This document shows positions 29,424 to 39,537 of a DNA stretch of 64,000 nucleotides, piece after piece. This stretch comes from Alphaproteobacteria bacterium. GTDB lineage: Bacteria; Pseudomonadota; Alphaproteobacteria; SP197. Under the pieces are notes generated by a model. The model searched no databases. It was not told the DNA's origin and saw only the letters and a list, made by a program, of their open reading frames with translations. The position numbers and the translations under genes are program-made. How positions within the stretch are numbered: position 1 is the stretch's first letter; each line of letters starts with the position of its first letter. Where the stretch lies: positions 1,536,001 through 1,600,000 of the forward strand of contig OZ245842.1 of the NCBI GenBank assembly GCA_965228895.1, given 5' to 3'.

Positions 29424-29554
29424 GATCTCGTCCCCGTTTTTGCCGGAACCAGCATAGTCTGCACCTATGCGCTTGCTCGTCAAAATTGCTTTGCCTTGGC
29501 TTCGGGCCGGGGACAGACTTTGCCCCTGTTTCGCGACTTCGGGGAGGGCAAACC

Positions 29555-30955
29555 ATGCTTCGCAACGTTGATTTCGACACCAAGGACCTGTGGGAGAAAG
29601 ACCGCGATCACGTGATCCATCCGTGGACCGACTTTTCCCAGTGGCAGGAAAAGGGCTCGGAGGTCATGGCCCAGGCCGAGGGCGTCTATGTCTTCGACAC
29701 CGAGGGCAACCGGTTCATCGACGGTATCGGCGGGCTGTGGTGCGTCAACATCGGCTATGGCCGCGAGGAGATGGCTGATGCGGTGGCCGAGCAGATCCGC
29801 ATGATCCCCTATTATTCACCGTTCCATCATCTGACCACGCCGCCAGCGGCCCTTCTGGCCGACAAGCTCGCCGAACTGACGCCCGGTACGCTGAACCACA
29901 CGTTTTTCGGCACCGGGGGTTCGATGGCCAACGACACGGCGATTCGCTTCGTCCACTACTACTGGAACATGAAGGGCGAGCCCAAACGCAAGAAGATCAT
30001 CAGCCGGGTCGATGCCTATCATGGCTCGACCTATCTGGCGGCCGCGCTGACCGGCATCGCTGCCGACCGCATCTGTTTCGACCAGGCCGACGAGCTGATG
30101 GAGCACGTGTCCTGCCCCTATCCCTATCGCCGGCCAGAGGGGATGAGCGAGGCAGACTTCTGCGATCATCTGATTGATGAGCTGAAGGAACGCATCGAGA
30201 CGGTCGGGGCCGAGAACATCGCGGCGTTTATCGCCGAACCGATCATGGGCGCGGGCGGTGTCGTCGTGCCGCCCGAGGGCTACCACAAGCGGACCCTCGA
30301 CCTCTGCCACGAGTACGACATCCTCTATATCTCTGACGAGGTGGTGACGGCGTTCGGCCGTCTGGGGCACTTCTTCGCGTCGGAGGATGTCTTCGGCATC
30401 ACGCCCGACATCATTACCTCGGCCAAGGGCATTTCATCCGGCTATCAGCCGCTCTCGGCGACCATCATCAACGAGAAGATGTACGACGTCCTCTCCAAGC
30501 CACAGGAGGAGGGTGCGCTCTTCACCCATGGCTTCACCTATTCCGGCCATCCCGTGTGCTGCGCGGCGGGCCTGAAGAACATCGAGATCATGGAGAACGA
30601 GGACATTCCCGGCCACGTGCGCAAGGTCGGCCCGTACTTCGAGAAGAAGCTGGCGGAGCTCAATGATCTGCCGTTGGTTGGCGAGGTGCGCGGCAAGTGC
30701 TTCATGATGTGCATCGAAAACGTCGCCAACAAAGAGACCAAGGAGTTGCTGCCGCCTGAAGTCGACGTTGGTCATCGGATTGCCGATCATGCGCAAAAGC
30801 GCGGGCTGATCGTGCGGCCGCTGGGCCACCTCAACGTCATGTCGCCGCCGCTGATCCTGACCGAACCCCAGATCGACGAGTTCGCGTCCGTGCTGCGCCA
30901 GGCGATCGAGGCGACCCAGGACGACCTGGTGCGCGAAGGTATCTGGAACGGCTGA
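29555..30955 (+). CDS. Class III (omega-amine) aminotransferase, HinC/SpuC-like
   Basis: GLWCVNIGYGR, YHGST, AEPIMGAGG, DEVVTAFGRLG, SAKG. Confidence 0.9.
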   Translation: MLRNVDFDTKDLWEKDRDHVIHPWTDFSQWQEKGSEVMAQAEGVYVFDTEGNRFIDGIGGLWCVNIGYGREEMADAVAEQIRMIPYYSPFHHLTTPPAALLADKLAELTPGTLNHTFFGTGGSMANDTAIRFVHYYWNMKGEPKRKKIISRVDAYHGSTYLAAALTGIAADRICFDQADELMEHVSCPYPYRRPEGMSEADFCDHLIDELKERIETVGAENIAAFIAEPIMGAGGVVVPPEGYHKRTLDLCHEYDILYISDEVVTAFGRLGHFFASEDVFGITPDIITSAKGISSGYQPLSATIINEKMYDVLSKPQEEGALFTHGFTYSGHPVCCAAGLKNIEIMENEDIPGHVRKVGPYFEKKLAELNDLPLVGEVRGKCFMMCIENVANKETKELLPPEVDVGHRIADHAQKRGLIVRPLGHLNVMSPPLILTEPQIDEFASVLRQAIEATQDDLVREGIWNG

Positions 30956-30989
30956 GCCGATTTCCATCGGGTACGGGAACACCGACGAG

Positions 30990-32585
30990 GTGTGCCGCGT
31001 GAGCGGTGGCCGGCCTTGGCCCGCCGCCGCCGCGCGATTTTGTCGCACGGTCGTCGCAGCGTGGCTCGTCGCCCTGGCGATGTCGCTCGCTGCGAGCCCG
31101 TCCCAGGCGCAAGACAACGAAGCGTGGGCCGCGTTGATCCTGGAAGGCCGCAGCGCCCTCGAAGCCGGTGATCCCGCGTTGGCGCTCGAGCTCTTCGAAC
31201 AAGCTGAGCCGGCGGCCCAGACGCCCGACGATCAAATCGTTTCTCTGACATCGCTTGGCCTTGCCCATGCCGCGCTCGGCAACTTGGACGCCGCGGCCCG
31301 GTTCCACGGGCGCAGCCTTGACCTGCGTGAAGCCGAGTACCCGCCGCCATCGACCGCCGTCGCAACCGGCTTGCGTAATCTCGCGCAGGTGCGCCACCGC
31401 CAGGCCCGATTGGCCGAGACCGCGACCTTGCTGAACCGGGTCCTCACGATCTTGAACGAGATTGCGCCGGGCACGCCGGAGGTCACGGATGTCGAGAGCG
31501 ATCTGGCGGCGGTCTACGTCAACATGGGACGCTATAGAGATGCCGAGGCGCTCTACGAGGCCGTCCTGCCCGCCGTCGAGCATGGGTCACCAGCCAGGCA
31601 TCTGGCGGCGCTGAGTGGACTGGCGGCGGTGAAGGCCGCGTTGGGCGAGGCCGAAACGGCTTCGGCCCTCTATCGCCAGGCGTTGGATATCGCGGGCGCT
31701 GCCTTTGGCGCCGACCATCCGACCATGGCCAGCCTGATGAACGGGCTCGGCGAGGTCTATCGCGCCGAGAACAGAGCGGCGGAAGCCCGCGATCTCTATC
31801 AAGCGGCCATCGACGTTCGTGCCGCCGCGCTGGGGCCTGAGCATCCGGCGTTGGGCCCGCTCTACAACAATCTCGGCCTGGCCTTGCTTGATATGGGCGA
31901 CCTCGAAGGCGCGAGCGAGGCGCTTCAGACCGCGCGCGACATCACCGAAGGCGCGTTGGGTCCCAGCCACCCTTCGGTTGCGACGGTATTGGCCAACCAG
32001 GCGGATCTCGACGAGGCGCGCGCCGATTACCTTTCGGCAATCGAGAACAACCTCATGGCGTTCCGTGTTCTGGCATCGAGCCTGGGCACCGCGCACCCTG
32101 AGGTGCAGCGCCTGCAGGTCAACCTTGGCAGGCGGTTGTCCCTGGCCGGCGACTTCGCGCGCGCGGAGGAGACGCTTGATCAAGCCGAGGCCGGCATCAT
32201 CGCGGATCGCGGTGCCGACCACGTGGACATGATTGCCGTCTATTCGGCCAGGGGTCAGCTCGAACGCCTGCGCGGCGATAACCTGGATGCGCTCAAGAGT
32301 TACGAGAAGGCGCTGGCCATCGTCGAGGCTGCAGGTGGCGATACGACCATGGAGACGGCCGTCCTGATGTCGAACCAGGCGACGATCCTGGTCACGCTGC
32401 GCCGCGACGAGGAGGCCGTCGCGCTCCTCCAACAAAGCCTCGCCATTCGTGAGACGGCCTATGGCAGCGATAGCCCGAACCTGGTTGAGACGCTCAACGA
32501 CTACGCGTTTGCGTTGCGCCGCCTGCGACGGTTTGACGAGGCCGAAGCCGTCGAAGCACGCGCGGCAGCGCTGGCCACGCCTTAA
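30990..32585 (+). CDS. Exported tetratricopeptide-repeat protein (kinesin-light-chain-type repeats)
   Basis: Signal peptide (SQA|QD), repeated GxxHP..A....NL units. Confidence 0.8.
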   Translation: MCRVSGGRPWPAAAARFCRTVVAAWLVALAMSLAASPSQAQDNEAWAALILEGRSALEAGDPALALELFEQAEPAAQTPDDQIVSLTSLGLAHAALGNLDAAARFHGRSLDLREAEYPPPSTAVATGLRNLAQVRHRQARLAETATLLNRVLTILNEIAPGTPEVTDVESDLAAVYVNMGRYRDAEALYEAVLPAVEHGSPARHLAALSGLAAVKAALGEAETASALYRQALDIAGAAFGADHPTMASLMNGLGEVYRAENRAAEARDLYQAAIDVRAAALGPEHPALGPLYNNLGLALLDMGDLEGASEALQTARDITEGALGPSHPSVATVLANQADLDEARADYLSAIENNLMAFRVLASSLGTAHPEVQRLQVNLGRRLSLAGDFARAEETLDQAEAGIIADRGADHVDMIAVYSARGQLERLRGDNLDALKSYEKALAIVEAAGGDTTMETAVLMSNQATILVTLRRDEEAVALLQQSLAIRETAYGSDSPNLVETLNDYAFALRRLRRFDEAEAVEARAAALATP

Positions 32586-32591
32586 GTGAAA

Positions 32592-32624
32592 GAAAGGACG
32601 GACGCCGAAGCGCCCGCCCTCTTG
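32592..32624. terminator. Putative bidirectional terminator between convergent genes
   Basis: Imperfect hairpin GGACGGACGC-CGAA-GCGCCCGCCC flanked by A- and T-rich runs. Confidence 0.5.
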
Positions 32625-32647
32625 CGAGTTGGATCTGCGGTTGTTGT

Positions 32648-33829
32648 CTACATACCGGCCAGGATGTTTTCGTAGAGCGACACGATCTCGCCGTAGCGGT
32701 TCTGGTAGGACGAGAACACGCCGCTGGCCAGGAACGCCTCGATATCGCGGGTCAGGCCGACGGAGGCCAGATACTCGTCGGTCACCTCCGGCATCTCGTA
32801 GACCTTCTTGTTGACGACACCGTAACCCCAGTTCAAGAGCTCATAGACCTGTGATTCCGGATCGACATAGGCATCGATCAGGTCGTGGGCCTGCTCATAG
32901 AGACCCCGCTCTTTGGCGCCGGGATTAAGGGCCAGGCCACAGACCCAGGTCAGCGCGCCTTCCTTCGGGTTCATCCAGATGTACTTGCCTTCGGTACCGC
33001 TGGCGGCCATTTCTTCACTCGCCGTCAGCATCATGCCGTTCCACGCTGCCGAGGCCACAACCTCGCCCGAGAACAACGCCTGGGTCATGGTCGTCACATC
33101 ACTGGTCAACAGCCGCAGGAGCGGTATGCCCTCGCGAACCTTGTTGGCCACCAGTTCGATTTGCTCATCGTTCATGTCGAGGAAATCGATGCCCAGGTAG
33201 ATGGCGATCAGGTTGAAGTGGTCTTCGACCGCGTCGAACATGGCCAGACGACCAGCCAATTCCTCATCGTAGAAGATGCCCCAGGAATGAGTGGCGGGAT
33301 CCTTGTACTTCGGTGCCAATTCGGTGTTCACGATGATGGCCGTCTGACCCCAGTCCTCAGGCACCCACAGCGGCGTGCCGTCTTCGAGTGACGCGCCGGG
33401 CACGTGTTTCATGGGTTCGGCGATGTCGTCCCAGTGGCTGATCAGGCTGACGTCGATCGGCTCGACAACACCGGCGTCGTACCACAGCTTGATCTTCGAC
33501 GAACACGGGAAGGTGACGTCGCACTCAAAGCCAGCGCGCATCTTAGAGAGCGCTTCGGCTTGGTCGGAGAAGAACGAATACTGCGGCGGCGAGCCATACT
33601 TCTCGGTATAGGCCATCGCGAAGTTTTCGTCTTCATAGCCGCCCCAGGTGAACATCATGAGATCGCTGCCCTCAGCGGCATGGGCGGGGCCGGTGAGCGG
33701 CGCTGCCATCGACATAACGCCTGCCGAGGCCAGAACCTTGTGTGCCTGTCTGCGGGTCAGTTTACCCTCGCAGATCTTGTCCTTGAACTCGTTGGCACAC
33801 ATGAGGGGTTTTAGTTTATCCATTCGCAA
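32648..33829 (-). CDS. Polyamine-type ABC substrate-binding protein (PotD/PotF-like), Tat-like signal
   Basis: TRRQ motif, FTWGGY, PEDWG, NPKEGALTW. Confidence 0.82.
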   Translation of the reverse strand: MRMDKLKPLMCANEFKDKICEGKLTRRQAHKVLASAGVMSMAAPLTGPAHAAEGSDLMMFTWGGYEDENFAMAYTEKYGSPPQYSFFSDQAEALSKMRAGFECDVTFPCSSKIKLWYDAGVVEPIDVSLISHWDDIAEPMKHVPGASLEDGTPLWVPEDWGQTAIIVNTELAPKYKDPATHSWGIFYDEELAGRLAMFDAVEDHFNLIAIYLGIDFLDMNDEQIELVANKVREGIPLLRLLTSDVTTMTQALFSGEVVASAAWNGMMLTASEEMAASGTEGKYIWMNPKEGALTWVCGLALNPGAKERGLYEQAHDLIDAYVDPESQVYELLNWGYGVVNKKVYEMPEVTDEYLASVGLTRDIEAFLASGVFSSYQNRYGEIVSLYENILAGM

Positions 33830-34054
33830 AGCTCCCTTGGATTGCGGCTTAAGGCCTGTCTTACAAGTTGAACTTTTCCAGGTTAGCCCAGACGTTTGCT
33901 GGGTGGGAGTCTGTAGTCCACAAAACGCGGTCTCACAGCAGTTGCGCGCAACTGGTGACCGTTTGTGCCTGATTTATCTCGTTATTGGCGAGTGATGGGC
34001 GATTACTTCACGTCTACTGACGTGGCCGCGGCTCAAGCGTGCCTAAGCGTCGGC

Positions 34055-34978
34055 CTAGCGTTCACTCTGCTCGGCCAGCAGGTCGGGCAGGTGGGCGCGG
34101 CAGACATCGGCAAAGGCCAGTGCCATGCGCGTGGGGCGTGATGTGGCGAGCCGGGCAAGGCCCATGCGCATCTCGCGGCGCGGTTCGCGAAGCGGCACGG
34201 ACGCTAGGCTCGATCCGTCGAGCGCGCGGTGATGGGGTGCGCGCGAGTGCAGGAGACTGTAGCCGTAGCCGTTGGCGACCAGGCCGCGCACCATCTCGAA
34301 CGATGTGGTCTCGTAAGCGATGTTGGGTTCGATGCCGGCTTCGGCGAATACCGACAGGAAGTGGCTGCGGCTCTCGGGCAGACCGAGCAGCACCAGGGGC
34401 TCGCCTTCCAATTCCGTCAGCTTGACGGTCTTCTTGTCGGCGATGCGGTGCTCGGCGGGCACGATGACATGGATGGGAACCGTGACCAGCGGTTCGAAGT
34501 CGATGTCCTGGGGCATGTTGAGATCGTAGGTGACGGCGAACTCATAGCGTCCGCGCCTGAGGCCCTCGGGCAGGGCGCGCAGGTCTTCCTCGTGGGGGCG
34601 AACGCGGATCGCCGGGTGTTCGCGGGCGAAGACGCGCAGCACGCCGGGCAGCACGAAGGGCGCGAAGGTCACGAAACAGCCGATATCGAGATCGCCCTCC
34701 AGCGCCTCGCCCAGACCGGCGGCATCCTGGGTCAGCTCTTCCGCATGGGCCAGAAGCTCGCGCGCGGAGGCAAACAGGCGCCGTCCGGCCGGCGTCAGCG
34801 ACAGGCCCTGGGCGTGGTGTCGTATGAAAAGCTGCAGCCCGAACACGTCTTCCAGATGGCTGATCGCCGCCGAAACGGAGGGCTGCGACACATGGGTCGC
34901 TTCGGCCGCACGCGTGATGCTGCCGGCCTCGGCGGCCGCCACGAAGTAACGAAGTTGCTTCAGGGTATAGAGGATCAC
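34055..34978 (-). CDS. LysR-type regulator, HinK-like
   Basis: LKQLRYF HTH, SQPSVS, LFIRHHAQG, IGCF, EMVRGLVANG; divergent from the monooxygenase operon. Confidence 0.9.
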   Translation of the reverse strand: MILYTLKQLRYFVAAAEAGSITRAAEATHVSQPSVSAAISHLEDVFGLQLFIRHHAQGLSLTPAGRRLFASARELLAHAEELTQDAAGLGEALEGDLDIGCFVTFAPFVLPGVLRVFAREHPAIRVRPHEEDLRALPEGLRRGRYEFAVTYDLNMPQDIDFEPLVTVPIHVIVPAEHRIADKKTVKLTELEGEPLVLLGLPESRSHFLSVFAEAGIEPNIAYETTSFEMVRGLVANGYGYSLLHSRAPHHRALDGSSLASVPLREPRREMRMGLARLATSRPTRMALAFADVCRAHLPDLLAEQSER

Positions 34979-35013
34979 GAAAATCTATCCTATACGTCGC
35001 ATAAATATCTTTT
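34974..35013 (+). promoter_or_regulatory. Putative LysR operator/promoter motif, copy A
   Basis: ATCACGAAAATCTAT (T-N11-A) then CCTA-N13-TATCTTTT; near-identical layout at 53713..53752. Confidence 0.6.
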
Positions 35014-35073
35014 GCCATAGAATGGCGCCGAGACAAACTGCGCCACTTTTTTGCCAGGAGAGGACCTGAGCCC

Positions 35074-36525
35074 ATGCTGATGACCGGCGACCAGTACCGT
35101 GAGTCTCTAAAAGACGGCCGCGAGGTCTATATCGACGGCGAGCGCGTCACGAACGTGCCGGAACATCAGGCCTTCAAGCCGATCGTCGATGTGCGCGCGC
35201 GCATCTACGATATGGCGGGCGAAAACGCATTCCGCTCCACCATGGCGTTTTCCAAGGACGGCGAGGACTACGCCGTCGCCTGGCAGCCGCCCTATACCCA
35301 GGACGACTGGTGGGCCAAGCGCGATTGGGTCGACACGGTCATGAAGGAGATCGGCGGTGTCGTAACCCGCATCGGCGACGAGACGGTCGGTGAGATGTGG
35401 TCGCTGGCCGACGGCAAGGACATCTTGAATCAGGTCGATGACTCCTGGTCGAAGAACATCGATCACCACATCGACAATGTGCTGAAGAACGACATCTTCC
35501 ACGTCTCCGCCAACACCGATCCCAAGGGCGACCGCTCAAAGGCGCCGCAGGATCAGGACCCCGACATGCTGCTGCATGTGGTGAAGGAGACCGATGCCGG
35601 CATCGTGGTGCGCGGCGCCAAGTACGAAACCGCGGCCGCCTACGCCCATCAGGCCTTCGTCAAGCCGACCATCGCCAACTGGGGCGATGCCAAGCTCTCC
35701 GACTACGCGCTCGGTTTCATCTGCCCGATGAACGCGGAAGGTCTCAAGCACATCTGCCGCAATGGTTTTGCCGGGGTCAAACCAAAGGCCGACTATCCGC
35801 TCTCCAACGGTTTCGACGAGGTCGACACGCTGCTTGTCTTCGACAACGTGCTGGTGCCTTGGGAGAACGTGTTGTTCTACCGGCACACGGCGGCGGCCAG
35901 TTTCATTCGCGGCACGCTGCATCGCTACAGCGCCTACATGTTCGTCTTGCGCATCATGTACATCGCCGACCTCATGATCGGAACGGCGCTCTTTAATGTG
36001 CGTCAGACCGGCCTCGACAAACAGCAGGCGGTGCAGGAGAAGCTGGCGCAGCTGGCCTGTTACCGCGAAGGCATCAACGCGCATTTATCCGGCGCCATCG
36101 CCTTGGCCGAGAAGAGCCCCGGCGGCTTCCTGATGCCCAACCAGTCGCTGCTCTATACCGGCCGTGTGCTCGCCTGTTCACAATTGCCGGCGATGATGCA
36201 TCTGGCGCGCGAATTGTGCGGCGGTCAGATCTGTGTCACGCCGGACAGCCCATCCTTCTTGTCGGACGACACGAAGGCGTGGATGGAAAAATTCTACAAC
36301 GTCAACGACGATTGGCAGGCTGACGACCGGCGCAAGCTTCTGGCGTTCGGGCGCGACTTGCTGAATTCCGACTATGCCGGCCATAAGGTGACGTTCCAGT
36401 TGTTCGCCCAGTCGCCGCCATTCGCGCATCTGGGCGCCGTCTACCGCAACTTCGACTTCGATCAGTCGCTGGGCTTCGTCAAAACCGCGGCTGGTCTGTC
36501 GGACCGGGTGATGGCCAAGAAGTAG
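35074..36525 (+). CDS. 4-hydroxyphenylacetate 3-hydroxylase (HpaB/PvcC)-family monooxygenase, oxygenase component
   Basis: TGDQYRESLKDGREVYIDGERV, DPKGDRS, GIVVRGAK, FDEVDTLLVFDNVLVPWE. Confidence 0.88.
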   Translation: MLMTGDQYRESLKDGREVYIDGERVTNVPEHQAFKPIVDVRARIYDMAGENAFRSTMAFSKDGEDYAVAWQPPYTQDDWWAKRDWVDTVMKEIGGVVTRIGDETVGEMWSLADGKDILNQVDDSWSKNIDHHIDNVLKNDIFHVSANTDPKGDRSKAPQDQDPDMLLHVVKETDAGIVVRGAKYETAAAYAHQAFVKPTIANWGDAKLSDYALGFICPMNAEGLKHICRNGFAGVKPKADYPLSNGFDEVDTLLVFDNVLVPWENVLFYRHTAAASFIRGTLHRYSAYMFVLRIMYIADLMIGTALFNVRQTGLDKQQAVQEKLAQLACYREGINAHLSGAIALAEKSPGGFLMPNQSLLYTGRVLACSQLPAMMHLARELCGGQICVTPDSPSFLSDDTKAWMEKFYNVNDDWQADDRRKLLAFGRDLLNSDYAGHKVTFQLFAQSPPFAHLGAVYRNFDFDQSLGFVKTAAGLSDRVMAKK

Positions 36526-36562
36526 TTCAAAGACACTCGTTCCAGGGGAAGGAAAGACAACG

Positions 36563-36979
36563 ATGGCGCATCAGCGTTTCCGCAAGTTCAACACCAAGGC
36601 CATGTATCCCGAGCAGTCGCTTGACAACGATCTGTGCATGGTCGTACGCGCCGGCAACATGGTCTTCATGCGCGGCCAGACCGGTTTCGATCTGGACGGA
36701 AATTTTCATGGCGTCGGCGATGGCGCGGCCCAGGCCGAGCAGGCCATGAAGTGCGTCAAGCAGCTTCTTGAGGAGGCCGGCGCCAAGCTGGAGCATATCT
36801 GCAAGGTCACGATCTATCTGACCGACCCGCGTTACCGCGAACCCGTCTACAACGTCATCGGCAAGTGGCTGAAGGGCGTCTATCCGGTATCGACAGGTCT
36901 TGTCGTCCAGGCACTGGCCAAACCGGAAATGGTGATGGAAATCGACGTCGACGCGGTGATCCCGGACGGCGAAGGTTGA
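36563..36979 (+). CDS. RidA/YjgF-family protein (HinL-like)
   Basis: RAGNMVFMRGQ, ICKVTIYL, PVSTGLVVQALA, EIDVDA. Confidence 0.85.
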   Translation: MAHQRFRKFNTKAMYPEQSLDNDLCMVVRAGNMVFMRGQTGFDLDGNFHGVGDGAAQAEQAMKCVKQLLEEAGAKLEHICKVTIYLTDPRYREPVYNVIGKWLKGVYPVSTGLVVQALAKPEMVMEIDVDAVIPDGEG

Positions 36980-36983
36980 CGTC

Positions 36984-37658
36984 ATGACCTTCTCGCTGAC
37001 CGCCCGCTGCGCCCAAACGGGCATGTTCGGTATCGTCGTGACGTCGTCCAGCATTTGCGTCGCGACGCGCTGCGCCTGGGTCAAAGGCCAAGTTGGCGCG
37101 GTCGCCAGCCAGAACATCACCGATCCCGGTCTGGGTCTTATGGGATTGGACTTGTTGGAACAGGGCTATGGCGCGGCGGCGGCCATGGAGATCCTGATCA
37201 AGGCCAGACCGTTCAGTGACTACCGCCAACTCGCCCTGATCGACCGTCTGGGCCACACGGCTCACCACTCGGGATCCGGCGTGCTGGGGACGAACAACAT
37301 CGTGGAGGGGCGGGACTGTATCGCGGCCGGCAACCTGCTGAGCACGCCCGACGTGCCCAATCACATGGTCAAGGCGTTCGAGAGCTCGGTCGGCGAACAT
37401 CTCGCTGAGCGTCTGCTGCAGGGCGTTGAAGCCGGCTTGGCGGCCGGTGGCGAGGAAGGCGACGTCAAATCCGTCGGCATCAAGGTGTGCCACGACCATG
37501 CGTGGCCGATCTGCGAGATGCGCGTCGACTGGCACGACGAGCCGATCGCCGAGCTGCGCCGTGTCTGGCAGGCCTATGAACCGCAGATGGCCGATTACAT
37601 ACAGCGCGCGCTCGACCCCACCGACGCGCCGTCTTACGGCGTACCCGGCGATCCTTGA
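36984..37658 (+). CDS. DUF1028 Ntn-hydrolase-like protein (HinH-like)
   Basis: N-terminal MTFS, GAVASQ, YRQL, AAGNLL, RVDWHDEP. Confidence 0.85.
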   Translation: MTFSLTARCAQTGMFGIVVTSSSICVATRCAWVKGQVGAVASQNITDPGLGLMGLDLLEQGYGAAAAMEILIKARPFSDYRQLALIDRLGHTAHHSGSGVLGTNNIVEGRDCIAAGNLLSTPDVPNHMVKAFESSVGEHLAERLLQGVEAGLAAGGEEGDVKSVGIKVCHDHAWPICEMRVDWHDEPIAELRRVWQAYEPQMADYIQRALDPTDAPSYGVPGDP

Positions 37659-37715
37659 GCTGATTTGCCCGATTTGGTGGCGTCGCAACGCAGTTCCATC
37701 AATACGGTATCTGCT

Positions 37716-38702
37716 CTAAGTGTCGCTGACGACGACGATAGCGAAGAGCGGTCGGTGATCGGAACCGATATCCGAACCGCGCTCGATCGTTTGAAGATCC
37801 AGGCTGCGTGACAGCAGAATATGGTCGATCGCCAAGCCGGCGACGCCGAGCGCGGCCGGCCATGTCGGCATGATGTTGGGGCCTTTCAACCCGGTCCGGT
37901 CGAGGAAACGCCGGAACGTCGGCGACCATGGTGTCGCATTTAGATCGCCAATGGCAATCACGGGTCGTGCTTCGTTTGCGATCATCTGCGCCATAGCGTC
38001 CAGCTGCGCGTTGCGGATGGAATAGAACGACGCGACGAGAGGCGGGTAGGGGTGCAAGCCGACAATGGCGACCGGTCCGGCATCGGTTTCGACCTCGGCG
38101 ATGATCATGACCGGTGGTTCGGTCTGCCAGTCGGACGGAGTAGGCAGCGCGACGACTTGCTGGCTCTCGTCACCGGTCAGCGGTAGTCGGCTGAGCAACA
38201 TCATGCCGAACGCGTGTTCGCGCGGCGCCGTAATCATGTAGGGGTAAAGCGGAGAGAGCTTGGCAAGCGCGTCAGACCACGCCTGCGTCGCCTCGGCCAC
38301 GACCACGATATCGGGATCCACGCGCGCGATTTCGGCGATCAAGGCGCGATGGTCGGCGTTGTCGTGTTTGGCATTGCTGTACATGACCTTGACCGTCACG
38401 TTGTCGTCGTCGGTCACGCCCGTGGCGGTCGCCTGAGCAGAGGCGACCGCGGTGCCGGCGACGTCGCCCAGATTGACCAGAGCGACTAGTGCAAGGCAGG
38501 CGGCCAACCAACGATAGCGACGGATCACCGCCAAGAGTGCGATGAGCACCAGAAGCACCAGAATTTGCAGGCGGAAACTGACAATGAGCTCAAGCGGCCA
38601 AGCTTCAAGGCCGGTCAGGGGAATTGCCGCCACGAGGCCGGCCAGGCCGACCAACATGTAGAAACTCACCTCAAGAACAGATCGGCGTCGTGGCCGGACC
38701 AT
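37716..38702 (-). CDS. Membrane-anchored endonuclease/exonuclease/phosphatase-family protein
   Basis: Three N-terminal TM, GDLNATPW, IDHIL, SDHRP. Confidence 0.85.
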   Translation of the reverse strand: MVRPRRRSVLEVSFYMLVGLAGLVAAIPLTGLEAWPLELIVSFRLQILVLLVLIALLAVIRRYRWLAACLALVALVNLGDVAGTAVASAQATATGVTDDDNVTVKVMYSNAKHDNADHRALIAEIARVDPDIVVVAEATQAWSDALAKLSPLYPYMITAPREHAFGMMLLSRLPLTGDESQQVVALPTPSDWQTEPPVMIIAEVETDAGPVAIVGLHPYPPLVASFYSIRNAQLDAMAQMIANEARPVIAIGDLNATPWSPTFRRFLDRTGLKGPNIMPTWPAALGVAGLAIDHILLSRSLDLQTIERGSDIGSDHRPLFAIVVVSDT

Positions 38703-39129
38703 GCCTCAAAGCCCGAAACGGCTGCTGCGCAAGCACATGGGGCCGTTCAACAGCACAATTGCGGTGATGTCATGACATTTCTTGCCATGACGCATCGCTG
38801 TACTTCATGGCCCCAAGCCCTGAAAGGGGATCCAGAAGGCCGAACCCGACCGCCGGCCATCGACCAACCGGACCACAAGATAGGGGTGGGGTTTGGCCTT
38901 ATCCTTACCCAATTCGATCTATGTCAGGCTCGATGGTAGTACTGACGATGCACCAAAGGCTTACCTAAAAGATAGCGGTCATTTGGCGCAATTCAGCCCC
39001 ATTCTGGCATTTCAAATGACGGTGGCCAGGCTCGACGCCGTCGCGCAACGACGTGACACCTTCTCCAGCGCGTCAGATGCCTGCACCGATGTGCGTGTAA
39101 GGGACCAACAAGACATGGAGAGTGTATCT

Positions 39130-39405
39130 ATGGCAGCAACCAGCATTGCCTACGTCGTTGGGCAGGATCAGGGTCCGCGTAAAAAACTTCGTCAGGCGTT
39201 CGATGAACCCGGGCGGTGTGTCGGCAGACAAGCGACCAGCCTCAGGTCACTGTTGTCGTTGCGTGACGATGATCCCAAGCCCGATGTTGTGTTGATTGAT
39301 ATGACCCACTGGGGGCCGGACGCAGCGCATGATTTCGATCAGCTGCGTGAGACATACCCCGACGCCGAGTTCTTGGTCACCTATCCAAGGGATTGGTATC
39401 ACTAA
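39130..39405 (+). CDS. Small truncated receiver-like protein
   Basis: GGAG upstream of ATG; KPDVVLIDM and LRETYPD segments resemble receiver beta3-alpha3. Confidence 0.5.
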   Translation: MAATSIAYVVGQDQGPRKKLRQAFDEPGRCVGRQATSLRSLLSLRDDDPKPDVVLIDMTHWGPDAAHDFDQLRETYPDAEFLVTYPRDWYH

Positions 39406-39481
39406 GCCGGTTCGCCCCACACCCGGCGGGTGAGGGGCGCCAACTTTTCTGCGGCTTCACGTCTGTTGGCGACACCACGAC

Positions 39482-39514
39482 AACCGCCCTGGACATCGAT
39501 TGTCCGGGGCGGTT
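39482..39514. terminator. Hairpin between convergent genes
   Basis: AACCGCCCTGGACA-TCGAT-TGTCCGGGGCGGTT inverted repeat. Confidence 0.55.
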
Positions 39515-39537
39515 CAGCGATCTCGGCTAACCAGCTT

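Noticed and set aside
30990-32585. TPR protein as part of a defence or caspase/CHAT system
   Set aside because: It has a signal peptide and TPR repeats only, with no NTPase, CHAT or nuclease domain in it or adjacent
33939-33954. 16-bp perfect palindrome CAGTTGCGCGCAACTG upstream of the polyamine-binding protein gene
   Set aside because: Single copy seen and no matching known motif; could be an operator or hairpin but is unsupported
35074-36525. Calling this gene hpaB or pvcC
   Set aside because: Only family-level similarity; no homoprotocatechuate-cleavage or isonitrile-synthase genes are nearby
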